From contig CAZYAM010000002.1 in NCBI GenBank assembly GCA_964645575.1, forward strand, positions 719 through 64,718: DNA of 64,000 bases. Reading direction: 5' to 3'. The notes under the pieces were generated by a model. That model had not been told where the DNA came from. It was given only the letters and a program-made list of their open reading frames with translations, and searched no databases. Made by a program: the position numbers and the translations under genes. This DNA is from an uncultured Ignavibacteriaceae bacterium (GTDB lineage Bacteria > Bacteroidota > Ignavibacteria > UBA10030). How positions within the stretch are numbered: the stretch's first letter is position 1; every line of letters begins with the position of its first letter. This document shows positions 1-9,156 of this stretch, one piece after another.

Positions 1-547
1 TATCGCCATGCTCGCCGACTATGTAGGCGTGTACGCTGCGCGTATCAACTTCATAAAATTGTCCAAGCAGGAATCTAAAACGAGAAGTATCCAGAATCGT
101 ACCCGATCCGAACACCTTTGCCGGTGAAAGATTCGATTCTTTTAAAGAAATATATGTCAGAATATCGACCGGATTTGTCGTAATAAGAATAATTCCGTTT
201 GGATTATGTTTTACGACCTGCGGAATAATGGATCGAAAAACAGCGGCATTTTTTGCAAGGAGGTCCAGACGTGTTTCGCCGGGTTTTTGCGGGACGCCGG
301 CTGTAATAACAACGACCTTTGCTCCCGAAAGGTCGGAATAATTGCCTGCTGAAATTTTCATCGGCTTCGTAAAAGAAAGCCCGTGATTTAAGTCCATCAT
401 TTCGCCCACAGCTTTTTCTGCATTTGCATCGATAAGCACGAGTTCGGATGCAATTCCACGCTGCATTAATGCGTATGCAAACGATGAACCTACCAATCCT
501 GTCCCCACTACTCCTACTTTTTGCGCAGGTGCTATTTCTGTAAACAT
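1..547 (-). CDS. ldh: L-lactate dehydrogenase, N-terminal part; the gene continues beyond the window start
   Basis: I translated the minus strand by hand. The product begins MFTEIAPAQKVGVVGTGLVGSSFAYAL, a Rossmann GxGxxG. Further on are LIDANAEKAVGEMMDLNHG, GVPQKPGETRLDLL (Gln at the LDH/MDH specificity position, so lactate rather than malate) and ITTNPVDILTY. The ATG lies at 547-545. Confidence 0.7.
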   Translation of the reverse strand, partial: MFTEIAPAQKVGVVGTGLVGSSFAYALMQRGIASELVLIDANAEKAVGEMMDLNHGLSFTKPMKISAGNYSDLSGAKVVVITAGVPQKPGETRLDLLAKNAAVFRSIIPQVVKHNPNGIILITTNPVDILTYISLKESNLSPAKVFGSGTILDTSRFRFLLGQFYEVDTRSVHAYIVGEHGD

Positions 548-674
548 GTTCTTATTCTCCGATAATCAATGAAAAACATGTATAATGTCTTCTTATATTT
601 CTAACGCGGGGGAGAAAAGGATAGTTCCTTGCTTATGTATTCCCCTGCTTTCTGTTATAACAATAAAGAAAAAT

Positions 675-2058
675 AAGCGTAGTACTCTTCGGTTGGTAAA
701 ACAGATATAAAGCAATATAGTTGAAGGAGTTATCCGAAATAACGAGTTTGTACACTCGTTAACGGAGAACTTTGGATGCCCCAACAGAAGAAGAGACGGA
801 TGTGTTGTAGATATTGTGAAAGTTTGGAGACGCCGAAACACAGAAAGCGCACAATCAGTCCGAAGAGTTTTAGCCGTCGGACCACGAGTCAGGTGCAACG
901 CTATAAGTGCAAGAGATGTGGACGAGCATTCGTCCAGCGCAAAGAAAGGAAAAAGCAATATACATTTGGATTTCAACGTGAGATTACCGGGATGCATCTT
1001 GAGGAACGATTGAGTTATCGTGTTATAGCCAAGAGGATAACAGAACGCTGGGGATATCATGTGAGTCCCAAGTCGTTATGTTCGATGGTCAATGCAGTAG
1101 CGCGGTTGAGTAAAAGCAGTATGGAGATGCAGCAAGAGTATCGCCCCTGCTGGAGCGGCTATTTGACGGTGGACGATAAATGGGTAAGCGTTAAAGGAAC
1201 ACGACATTTAAGTTTGGTGGCAGTGGATAACAGCGGAGACCCATTACACAGCGAACTGCACACGGAAGCAGATCAAGGGATTTATGATGGTTTTTTTCTG
1301 TATCTTCGAGATCGTTTAGGTTATCAGCTTCGAGCGCTCACGACTGACTTTGACCCGCGAATAGACAAAGCAGCCAGACGTGTATTTGGGACTGATTTGA
1401 CGCATCAAAAATGTTTGTGGCATGCTATGGAGATTGTGAAAACGTTGATAGAGTATCCTCAAGCGCAACGACGTGTAAAGAACGTACAGCGTCAAATAAC
1501 AATGTTAGAAGAAAGTCTTGCGGATCGTAAACAATCGTTGTATGATACGAACAAGACGCTTCAGAGCTTGAAAACGCAGTTGACAGAAATCGATGCAACA
1601 TATCAAGAGAAGAGCCTCTTGTTGGAGAGGTTTCGAGAATGTATCTTTGCACGCACGCGAGAGACCAGCGAACGTTGTTTGAAAAGCTTTCGCAGAGCTT
1701 ACAACAAGCGCTATGGGAACGTCATACGCTTTATAGCTTCGCACTGGGATGCACTGTTGGAACATCAACGTGATCCTCAGATCTTGAAGACTAGCGTACG
1801 GGCAGAGAATATAAACAAACAATTTGAAAGAAGATTGAAAACCATCGAAGCTTTCCAGTCTGTCGAGACGGCGTTCCAGTATCAGAACCTATATAGGAAC
1901 TATTTACGCTTAAAGCCCTATACTGATTGTCGAGGTGTTCGGAGATTCTATAATGGTCTTTTACCCTTGCAGGTCTGCCAAGCCGTACTTCCTTCATCAG
2001 ATTGGCTGAAAATTGCGGTTCGTTACCCTAAATAAACCACCGATATGTACTACGCTTT
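675..2058 (+). mobile_element. Insertion sequence encoding a single DDE transposase with a zinc ribbon (IS6/IS1595-like). It has imperfect terminal inverted repeats and an 8-bp flanking direct repeat
   Basis: The left end at 675-696 is aagcgtagtactcttcggttgg. The reverse complement of the right end at 2037-2057 is aagcgtagtacatatcggtgg, giving an 11-bp perfect core with an imperfect extension. Flanking direct repeats aaagaaaa lie at 665-672 and 2060-2067. Confidence 0.5.
776..2035 (+). CDS. Transposase, DDE family, with an N-terminal C2C2 zinc ribbon and an HTH
   Basis: The N-terminus reads CCRYCES...YKCKRCGRAF. An HTH-like stretch follows (LSYRVIAKRITERWGYHVSPKSL). The block VDDKWVSVKGTRHLSLVAVDNSGDP resembles the IS6 family D-x-K-x-x-G...Y-L-x-x-A-x-D block. 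There is a second acidic block (LTTDFD) and a C-terminal coiled-coil extension. It lies between the inverted repeats. Confidence 0.55.
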   Translation: MPQQKKRRMCCRYCESLETPKHRKRTISPKSFSRRTTSQVQRYKCKRCGRAFVQRKERKKQYTFGFQREITGMHLEERLSYRVIAKRITERWGYHVSPKSLCSMVNAVARLSKSSMEMQQEYRPCWSGYLTVDDKWVSVKGTRHLSLVAVDNSGDPLHSELHTEADQGIYDGFFLYLRDRLGYQLRALTTDFDPRIDKAARRVFGTDLTHQKCLWHAMEIVKTLIEYPQAQRRVKNVQRQITMLEESLADRKQSLYDTNKTLQSLKTQLTEIDATYQEKSLLLERFRECIFARTRETSERCLKSFRRAYNKRYGNVIRFIASHWDALLEHQRDPQILKTSVRAENINKQFERRLKTIEAFQSVETAFQYQNLYRNYLRLKPYTDCRGVRRFYNGLLPLQVCQAVLPSSDWLKIAVRYPK

Positions 2059-2136
2059 CAAAGAAAATTATTTGACAATAAAATAAATTTTAGGTAAAAT
2101 GAATTTGAATGGGCTTGCTTATTCTACTAAGGCAAG

Positions 2137-3801
2137 TTGGAGAAAATTTTCTTCGCGTCACTTCAAACAAATATTAATCTTTCCTGGAACACCGTCTCAG
2201 GTGCAACCCAATACAACGTCTATCAAGATGGAACAGTTATTCCTGTAACGATTTATACAAACAGTTACTCTGTTGGAGTATCCTGTGGAACTACTCATAG
2301 TTACTATGTAATAGCAGGAAATGTCGGTGGTTGGTCTGGTGCCTCGAACACGGTGAGCGGGACGGCCCTTACATGCACTCTCGTAGCCCCTACAGGTCTT
2401 AAAGTAACTGGAACGACTCAAACAAATATTAATCTTACCTGGAACACAGTCACCGCTGCAACCGTATACAATGTCTATCAAGATGGAACAGTTATTCCTG
2501 TAACAATTCATACAAACAGTTTCTCTGTCGGGGTACTTTGTGGAACTAATCATAGTTATTATGTAATAGCAGGAGATGACTATGGTAATTGGTCTGGTCC
2601 ATCGAACATTGTGAACGGGACCGCCCTTCCCTGCACTATCGCCAGAATATCGACCAAGTCAAATCCATTAAAAGGCGGAACGACGAGCGGAGGAGGAAAA
2701 TATATGTCAGGAACTTTGGTAACAGTAAGAGCAACTCCAGCCACGGGATATGATTTTATAAACTGGACTGAAAACGGAAGTTTAGTTTCGACAAATTCTA
2801 CATATACTTTTACTGTAATAGGATATAGAACCTTAACAGCAAATTTTTCCCTTCAATTAAAGCGGTATTATTATGTTAAGGATCATTTGGGAAGTATAAG
2901 GGTGACGGTAGATGTAACCGGAGATGTAAAAAGTTATGACGATTATGACCCGTGGGGTTTGCAGTTAGCGGGAAGAAGTCTGGTATCGGGAACAAATGGT
3001 AAATACAAATTCACCGGCAAAGAACGCGATATTGAGACGGGATTTGACTATTTCGGTGCAAGGTATTATGATAGTTGGATAGGAAGATGGATGGCGGTGG
3101 ATCCGCTGGCGGAGAAGTATCCGGGATGGAGTCCGTATAATTATGTTGCCAATAATCCAATAAATCTGATTGATCCTAAGGGGAAGGATTGGTATCAATT
3201 TGATAACAATGGAAATTATAAGCAGAAAATTTCTGCCGAAGGAACTCATAGAATCGTTATACATACTGTAGAAAAAACCGGCGATGGTTTAGAATCTGAT
3301 TTATATAAGTTCGTTGATTTTGCCGATCCTTTAAATGATGCCATGGATATAGATAATGGAACGATAAATAAACTCGTTTTTGTTAGTGAAAATGAAATAC
3401 AATCGATGCTAAGTGAACAAGGTGCATTTGAATCCGGAAAAATCAATTTTGGATTGGAAAGTCAAGGAGGAGGAAAATTTGATTATTCATTTTCAATACT
3501 GCCTGAAAAATATCCTAATGCAAATTTTACAGGGGATGATAAATCAAATTCGTTGTTCTTACCAGAAGGTGATAATACTGCTCATAATTTCATGAATTTT
3601 GGAAATTATTTATGGGCTGCAAGTGGGTATGCAGCTGGTTTTGGATATGGAGAATTACAGATGGGAGCACATTTAAATAGTTTACTAAATGCGAGACGAA
3701 ATGGTTATCCGTCACAATGGGATTCAAAAGATGACCAACGCTCAATTATTAAAGGAACATATCATGCACAAAAAAACAATTATAGAAAGTTAAGAAAATG
3801 A
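2137..3801 (+). CDS. Rhs/YD-repeat polymorphic toxin fragment, apparently 5'-truncated. It has FN3-like tandem repeats, the Rhs core terminus and an unrecognised ~200-aa C-terminal domain
   Basis: It starts on TTG mid-repeat, with an in-frame stop at 2128-2130. It has two ~80-aa repeats (TNINL[ST]WNTV..YNVYQDGTVIPVTI.TNS.SVGV.CGT.HSYYVIAG). YD-repeat motifs follow (RYYYVKDHLGSIR, YDDYDPWGLQ). The canonical Rhs core end is present (FDYFGARYYDSWIGRWMAVDPLAEKY...YNYVANNPINLIDPKGKD). The tail 3193-3801 is unrecognised. Confidence 0.6.
   Translation: MEKIFFASLQTNINLSWNTVSGATQYNVYQDGTVIPVTIYTNSYSVGVSCGTTHSYYVIAGNVGGWSGASNTVSGTALTCTLVAPTGLKVTGTTQTNINLTWNTVTAATVYNVYQDGTVIPVTIHTNSFSVGVLCGTNHSYYVIAGDDYGNWSGPSNIVNGTALPCTIARISTKSNPLKGGTTSGGGKYMSGTLVTVRATPATGYDFINWTENGSLVSTNSTYTFTVIGYRTLTANFSLQLKRYYYVKDHLGSIRVTVDVTGDVKSYDDYDPWGLQLAGRSLVSGTNGKYKFTGKERDIETGFDYFGARYYDSWIGRWMAVDPLAEKYPGWSPYNYVANNPINLIDPKGKDWYQFDNNGNYKQKISAEGTHRIVIHTVEKTGDGLESDLYKFVDFADPLNDAMDIDNGTINKLVFVSENEIQSMLSEQGAFESGKINFGLESQGGGKFDYSFSILPEKYPNANFTGDDKSNSLFLPEGDNTAHNFMNFGNYLWAASGYAAGFGYGELQMGAHLNSLLNARRNGYPSQWDSKDDQRSIIKGTYHAQKNNYRKLRK
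2165..2650. repeat. Two near-identical ~253-bp tandem repeat units encoding FN3-like modules inside the Rhs fragment
   Basis: The unit caaacaaatattaatct...gtaatagcagga recurs at 2165 and 2418 with ~90% nucleotide identity. Confidence 0.7.
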
Positions 3802-4289
3802 GAACTATGCTTAGCATATTTTTATTATATCTTTCTTTCATTAATAGTTGTACACACTATGAGAGCCTTCAAGAAAAATTCAACACTCTAAAAGAGATAG
3901 ATTATGCGGAGTTTAATGATATGAGTATCGTAAATAGGAAAGGAGTGTACTTCGTTACTTACAGAGGTTCGACATATAAAATAGAAATAAATTATTTTAC
4001 AGAAAGTATAACTTCAATAGAAAGAGCCTTTAGTGAAGAAAAAGGTATATTACTAACAAAAAAGGAAACTGATTATATAGAAAAAGCTTTAAAGTCTTTT
4101 GATAAAATTGGTGTTATCGTATTATCAGTTGATGAAAAAGGAAATGTGTTCCTTACTCTCCCTTGGTATGATAAATGTTCGTATCGTTTTCTTAGATTAT
4201 CTCCAACAAACTCACTGGAGGAAATTAAGAAAACATATTATCAGAATTACGAAGATAATTGGTATATGGATAAAGAATGTGCTGAATAA
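3798..4289 (+). CDS. Putative cognate immunity protein (small lipoprotein-like)
   Basis: The start overlaps the toxin stop (ATGA). The N-terminus MRTMLSIFLLYLSFINSC is a lipoprotein-type signal. It is 163 aa with no recognisable catalytic motifs, which is the typical position of a polymorphic-toxin immunity gene. Confidence 0.4.
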   Translation: MRTMLSIFLLYLSFINSCTHYESLQEKFNTLKEIDYAEFNDMSIVNRKGVYFVTYRGSTYKIEINYFTESITSIERAFSEEKGILLTKKETDYIEKALKSFDKIGVIVLSVDEKGNVFLTLPWYDKCSYRFLRLSPTNSLEEIKKTYYQNYEDNWYMDKECAE

Positions 4290-4299
4290 AATTCCAGTA

Positions 4300-5060
4300 A
4301 AACAGGGCTTCTTGCTTATCGAAACCCAAAGGATTTTGTGATAAACAAAAGTATGATTCATCGTATAGCGTAGAGTCCGGTCACCGACCGGACTATTTTG
4401 TATGTTTATGTAATTATGTTATTATTATTCGATCTGATGATCGGATTCTACGAAACATCTCGACCGTCGATTATCACAAAGTGATGGCTGCGCTAAAATC
4501 GACTTCTAGTTATACAAAATCCGAAGGATTTTGTGTTGAATGTTTGAAATCTTATCAGCTCCGTAAGAGTTGAACGTTTGTAACCGAAAAAACACGATAA
4601 CAATAGAACGCCGTAGGTGTTTAACTCCTATGGAGTTGTGTGTTATCTTTGTTTACGGTTCTATAAACGTATGACGCCTACGTCGTCAAAACAATCTATC
4701 GGATGCCGTTGAATAAATTCAACGGCTAACTAAACGAAACCCAAAGGGTTTTTGTAGAGTCCCATTCAGCCGGAGGCATTTTACAAAATCACACGTAGTG
4801 TGATACAATTTATGATTATGCAGGAATGTCCGACAGAGTGTCGGACTCTACGGATTAAAATCACAATCGAATAAATTCGACGGCTTATTATACGAAACCC
4901 GAAGGGTTTTTGTAGAGTTCCGTTCGTAACGGGACGAATGAGGTAATAAAATAAGGAAACCCTCTTCGAGCGTTACATTCCCACGCCTCCGGCTGACTAC
5001 GAGTCGCCTGCCTACCGCAGGCAGGGACGCTACAAATTATTATCGCTGTCGATTATCATG
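4300..5060. repeat. Non-coding cluster of related hairpin-containing repeat units
   Basis: The core aaacc[cg]aagg[ag]tttttgt occurs at 4320, 4511, 4737 and 4893. gtagagtccg occurs four times, one inverted. A ~55-bp direct repeat (gaataaattc[ag]acggct...cgaaaccc[ag]aagggtttttgtagagt) is at 4713-4770 and 4869-4925. Perfect hairpins lie at 4832-4852 and 4697-4718. A 12-bp inverted pair gcctccggctga / tcagccggaggc is at 4766-4777 and 4987-4998. No ORF longer than 30 aa is present. Confidence 0.45.
4368..4400 (+). terminator. Perfect 8-bp-stem hairpin followed by a T-rich tract downstream of the toxin/immunity pair
   Basis: The sequence is agtccggt cacccg accggact followed by attttgtatgttt. Confidence 0.3.
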
Positions 5061-5214
5061 TCCGAAGGGCCCCTTTGGAGAAGTGATGCACAAATAACAT
5101 CTACAAAAGGCATGTTATTGCCAGCTTTGGGAACCGAATCACAATCGGCATAAATATTATTACCGATATACTTCTTTTCGGTGTTTAATTCTATAAATCA
5201 ATACAGTTTTGCCT

Positions 5215-5391
5215 GAGTCGTTCACTTCAAAAAGTATTCGATAATTTCCTGATCGAATCCTATAACCTTCTTGATCATGAAGCTTTTGGACGCCGACAGG
5301 GCGGGGTTAGCTTCCTAAGTTAGAAATCTTTGAAAGAATCTTTATAACCTCGGTTTCAGGTAGAGCGTCGAGATCCTTCTGAGCAGAAGGT
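5215..5391 (-). pseudogene. Degraded RelE/ParE-family toxin remnant
   Basis: My minus-strand translation right after the antitoxin stop gives ...KPSAQKDLDALPETEVIKILSKISNLGS then a stop. This resembles the RelE/ParE N-terminus (kkAqkdLdkLpkevqkrIlkkI). A second frame continues ...FMIKKVIGFDQEIIEYFLK then a stop. No intact ~90-aa ORF remains. Confidence 0.3.
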
Positions 5392-5589
5392 TTAATGAGA
5401 ACTTTGTATGCCACGGCGTTTCTTATATTGTTCTATGGTCATACTTTTACCGCGAACTTTTTTTGCTTTTTCGAGATCAGAAACATCCTCAAGGAGTTCT
5501 ATTGCCTCACTCACGGCCGGATTGGTTTTCATTTTTTCCCAATCTCTCCGTGCTATTGTTACATGATGTTTTGTTTTAGTAAGAGTCAT
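5392..5589 (-). CDS. Small antitoxin-like protein (65 aa)
   Basis: A 65-aa charged ORF (MTLTKTKHHVTIARRDWEKMK...SEAIELLEDVSDLEKAKKVRGKSMTIEQYKKRRG) is immediately followed on the same strand by the relE-like remnant. This is the typical antitoxin-toxin order. Confidence 0.35.
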   Translation of the reverse strand: MTLTKTKHHVTIARRDWEKMKTNPAVSEAIELLEDVSDLEKAKKVRGKSMTIEQYKKRRGIQSSH

Positions 5590-6130
5590 AATTGCTCATA
5601 AATAAATTTAAGCTAATATATGAAATATTTTTCAATTTTTCATCTTGTTAGACCTAATAAATTGCAGCTTAAACATAAGCCCTTACCCTGGATTCACTTT
5701 CTGCACCTGCTTGCTCGCCGGTTTTCCCAATATAATGCATAGCGGGCCGGTTGTTGAAAGGCGGGCGAGCCGCGCTTACGCTATGCTTCGGCGGGCAGGC
5801 AGCTCCCAGATGAACGAAAAATGAATGTTTCGATATAAGTCAGGTTGCGAAATGGACTCTAAAGATTGACATTTATTAAAGTCCTATTTTTATTAAAGTT
5901 TTAGCAATATTCTCCTGCTCTCATTTCGTTGCATCGCTTGTGAATTCTTATTACATTTTATATTGTGTAAAGATTTTAAGTGTTGAAGAGTTGCCGAGCC
6001 ACCAGCAGGTTCCAAGTTGAATTTGTCTCGTGGCTCGATTCGTTTTCATCAAAAAAAGCGGGAACAGTTTTGTTCATTTCCTCGTCAGTAGAATTGAAGA
6101 ATGTCATATTTAAATTAAGAGGAGTACACT

Positions 6131-7114
6131 GTGGATATTAAGACAATCAATGAAATGATTCAGCGTGAAAGCACGTTTGTAGAATCGCTGACATCGGAAG
6201 TCGGTAAGGTCATAGTCGGCCAAAAAAATATGGTAGACCGGCTGCTAATAGGTTTGTTATGCAACGGGCACATTCTTTTGGAAGGTGTTCCGGGACTGGC
6301 AAAAACACTTGCCATAAAAACTCTGGCGGCGGCTGTCAATGCGAAATTCCAGCGTATCCAATTTACACCCGACCTGCTTCCTGCAGATCTTGTCGGAACG
6401 ATGATATACAATCAAAAAGATGGAAAATTCTTTACGCGTAAAGGGCCCTTATTTTCAAACTTCATTCTTGCAGACGAAATAAACAGGGCGCCGGCCAAAG
6501 TACAGAGTGCACTGCTCGAAGCTATGCAGGAACGACAGGTTACTATCGGTGAAGAAACATTCAAGCTTGAAGAACCGTTTTTAGTACTGGCTACACAAAA
6601 TCCAATAGAGCAGGAAGGAACATATCCGCTTCCGGAAGCGCAGGTTGACCGCTTTATGCTGAAAGTAAAAATCGGTTATCCGTCGCGCGAAGAAGAACTG
6701 CTTATAATGCGGCAGAATGTTCTGGGAAATGAAAAGAATGTAAAAGCTGTCGTATCCACAAAAGAAATCCTTTCTGCCCGTGAGGTAGTAAAACAGGTGT
6801 ACATGGATGAAAAGATCGAACGCTATATTCTCGATGTTGTGTTTGCGACCCGTGAACCGAAGAATTTCAAATTAGACAAGCTTGCACCGCTGATCAGCTA
6901 CGGAGCGTCGCCGCGCGCTTCAATTAACCTGGCGTTGGCTGCAAAAGCACATGCATTTATAAAGCGGCGCGGTTATGTTATCCCTGAAGATGTACGCGCT
7001 GTTTGTCCCGATGTTATGCGTCATCGTATTGCCGTCACGTATGAAGCGGAAGCGGAAGAGATTACACCGGAGCAGATTGTGATAGAAATTCTGAATAATG
7101 TGGAAGTTCCATAA
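6131..7114 (+). CDS. moxR: MoxR-family AAA+ ATPase
   Basis: Walker A is GVPGLAKT. The arginine finger and sensor regions are present (LADEINRAPAKVQSALLEAMQERQVT). A strong RBS aagaggag lies upstream of the GTG start. The protein is 327 aa. Confidence 0.85.
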   Translation: MDIKTINEMIQRESTFVESLTSEVGKVIVGQKNMVDRLLIGLLCNGHILLEGVPGLAKTLAIKTLAAAVNAKFQRIQFTPDLLPADLVGTMIYNQKDGKFFTRKGPLFSNFILADEINRAPAKVQSALLEAMQERQVTIGEETFKLEEPFLVLATQNPIEQEGTYPLPEAQVDRFMLKVKIGYPSREEELLIMRQNVLGNEKNVKAVVSTKEILSAREVVKQVYMDEKIERYILDVVFATREPKNFKLDKLAPLISYGASPRASINLALAAKAHAFIKRRGYVIPEDVRAVCPDVMRHRIAVTYEAEAEEITPEQIVIEILNNVEVP

Positions 7115-7251
7115 ACAATTTTGTGGTTTTCGATTTAATGATCGTCGATTTGGTGATTGGATGATTAAGTGATTAGATGATTGCGGATTGAAAACAATAG
7201 ATTTTGGAAAAGTTAATTACTAATAACTGATGACTGACCACTGACAGCTAA

Positions 7252-8127
7252 ATGGAAACAAAAGAACTTCTAAAAAAAGTCAGGCAGTTGGAGATACGCA
7301 CACGGGGATTGGTGAATCAGGTCTTTTCCGGTGAATACCATTCGGTTTTCAAGGGGCGAGGCATGGAATTTTCCGAAGTGCGCGAGTACCAATACGGCGA
7401 CGACATGCGTATGATCGATTGGAACGTGACTGCTCGTTTCAATCATCCGTTTGTTAAAATCTTTGAAGAAGAGCGAGAATTGACGGTCATGCTGGTGGTA
7501 GATATGAGCGGATCGCAGTTTTTCGGTTCACAATCTGCATTGAAGCGGGATATTGCATTGGAATTAAGCGCTATACTTGCTTTCTCTGCAATGAAAAACA
7601 ATGACAAGGTCGGATTGATACTTTTTACCGACCGTATTGAAAAATTTGTTCCTCCGCGAAAGGGGCGAGGACATGCGCTTCGGATTGTACGCGAGTTGCT
7701 TTCGTTCGAACCGGCACGTCCGGCAACCAGCATCAGGACAGCATTGGAATATCTTAACCATGTTCAGAAAAAGCGTAGTATTATTTTCGTGATTTCAGAT
7801 TTTATGGATAGCGACTATGAAGCCGCACTCCGTATCGCAGGCAAACGGCACGATTTGATCGGTGTTGTACTGCAAGATCCGCGGGAGAAAGAACTTCCTG
7901 ATGTCGGACTTGTGCATTTACGTGATGCCGAATCGGGCGCTGCCAGAATAATCGATACTTCAGATGCACGCGTGCGGTCGATTTACCGGCATTTAAATCA
8001 TAAAATGCACGAAGCAAGGCAATCGCTCTTTATTAAATCAAGGCTTGATGATATTGAAGTTCGTCTTGATCAGCCTTATCTCAAACCTTTGATTGATTTC
8101 TTCCGGTTGAGGGAGAGAAGATGGTGA
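7252..8127 (+). CDS. DUF58-family protein (vWA-like MoxR partner)
   Basis: It directly follows moxR. The motifs are typical of DUF58 (MIDWNVTAR, VVDMSGSQFFGS) and the protein is 291 aa. Confidence 0.8.
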   Translation: METKELLKKVRQLEIRTRGLVNQVFSGEYHSVFKGRGMEFSEVREYQYGDDMRMIDWNVTARFNHPFVKIFEEERELTVMLVVDMSGSQFFGSQSALKRDIALELSAILAFSAMKNNDKVGLILFTDRIEKFVPPRKGRGHALRIVRELLSFEPARPATSIRTALEYLNHVQKKRSIIFVISDFMDSDYEAALRIAGKRHDLIGVVLQDPREKELPDVGLVHLRDAESGAARIIDTSDARVRSIYRHLNHKMHEARQSLFIKSRLDDIEVRLDQPYLKPLIDFFRLRERRW

Positions 8128-8214
8128 TTGGTTAATAGTTAATTGTTGTTTGCTGGTGAAAGAATAAATGGCAAATATAAATTTTGATAAATTGGAAGTC
8201 TATCGAAAATAAAA

Positions 8215-9156
8215 ATGCGATTCCTGGCCATTATATTTCTACTTATTAATATTGCAAGTGGTTCATTTGCACAGGAAATCCGATTAAATGCAAGAACAAA
8301 TACCGACACGTACCAGATCGGCAGCTGGATTGATGTGCTTATCTCGGGAAAATCAGATGCAGCGATTGATTCGATTGTGCCGATGATAAAGGACAGCGTC
8401 GGTTTTTTTGAAGTCATCGCAACAAAACGACAGGGCGCAGACCTGCAATGGCTGATCCGCTTAACGACCATTGATTCCGGAAAAGCATTTTTACCACCGA
8501 TAGAGTTTGATTACAAAGTGAAAAGAGATACAAGCATACATAAAGCTTTCACAAATTCACTCCTCTTAAACATTACAGGCATCGCTATCGATCCTAAGGG
8601 TAATATTAAAGATATTAAACCGCCGATGAGTGCGCCATGGTTATTTGAAGATTTTCTGCCGTACCTGATTGCGTTAATCATTCTTGCCGCAATTGCAGTC
8701 GGGTATTACTATTACTGGCGAAAAATGAAGGCAAAGAAAGACATTTTAGACGATGTTAGGGTAGTTATCCCGCCTCACCGGGAAGCATTGACAGCGTTGC
8801 GTGTGCTTGAAGAAAAGAAATTATGGCAGCAGGGATTAATAAAAGAATACTATTCGGAAATTACAGAGATTATCCGGCGGTTCTTTGAACGGCGATGGAA
8901 TATCATCGCACTCGAGATGACGACGGATGAAATCTTAGTGCAAATGAAGCATATTCCTGAAGCATTGCTGGTCTGGAAAGAAATAGATTCATTTTTCCTG
9001 ACTGCCGATTTGGTGAAGTTTGCTAAGTATCAACCGATACCGGAGGAAAATATAAAAGAGATGCATTCGTCATACGCAATTGTTCGTGTGATGGTGCCGA
9101 AGATTTCTACCGAGACAGAACCACAATCACAGGAGGCCACTGCCGATGTTCGGTGA
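8215..9156 (+). CDS. Hypothetical secreted/membrane protein of the bat operon
   Basis: It has a signal peptide (MRFLAIIFLLINIASGSFAQ) and an internal TM helix (LIALIILAAIAVGYYYYW). It is positioned between the DUF58 gene and batA. Confidence 0.5.
   Translation: MRFLAIIFLLINIASGSFAQEIRLNARTNTDTYQIGSWIDVLISGKSDAAIDSIVPMIKDSVGFFEVIATKRQGADLQWLIRLTTIDSGKAFLPPIEFDYKVKRDTSIHKAFTNSLLLNITGIAIDPKGNIKDIKPPMSAPWLFEDFLPYLIALIILAAIAVGYYYYWRKMKAKKDILDDVRVVIPPHREALTALRVLEEKKLWQQGLIKEYYSEITEIIRRFFERRWNIIALEMTTDEILVQMKHIPEALLVWKEIDSFFLTADLVKFAKYQPIPEENIKEMHSSYAIVRVMVPKISTETEPQSQEATADVR

Noticed and set aside
593-1060. 155-aa minus-strand ORF overlapping the transposase gene
   Set aside because: It is antisense to a well-supported transposase ORF and has no motifs. 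It is probably a chance ORF.
2197-2553. 118-aa minus-strand ORF inside the FN3 tandem repeats
   Set aside because: It is an antisense frame across a nearly duplicated segment, so its apparent internal repeat is inherited from the sense strand.
4300-5060. Possible CRISPR array
   Set aside because: The repeats are degenerate, of different lengths and irregularly spaced. No cas genes lie nearby.
5695-5800. GC-rich patch with short inverted repeats upstream of moxR, a possible small RNA or terminator
   Set aside because: The stems are short (7 bp), the loops are long and no T-run follows. This is not enough to call a feature.
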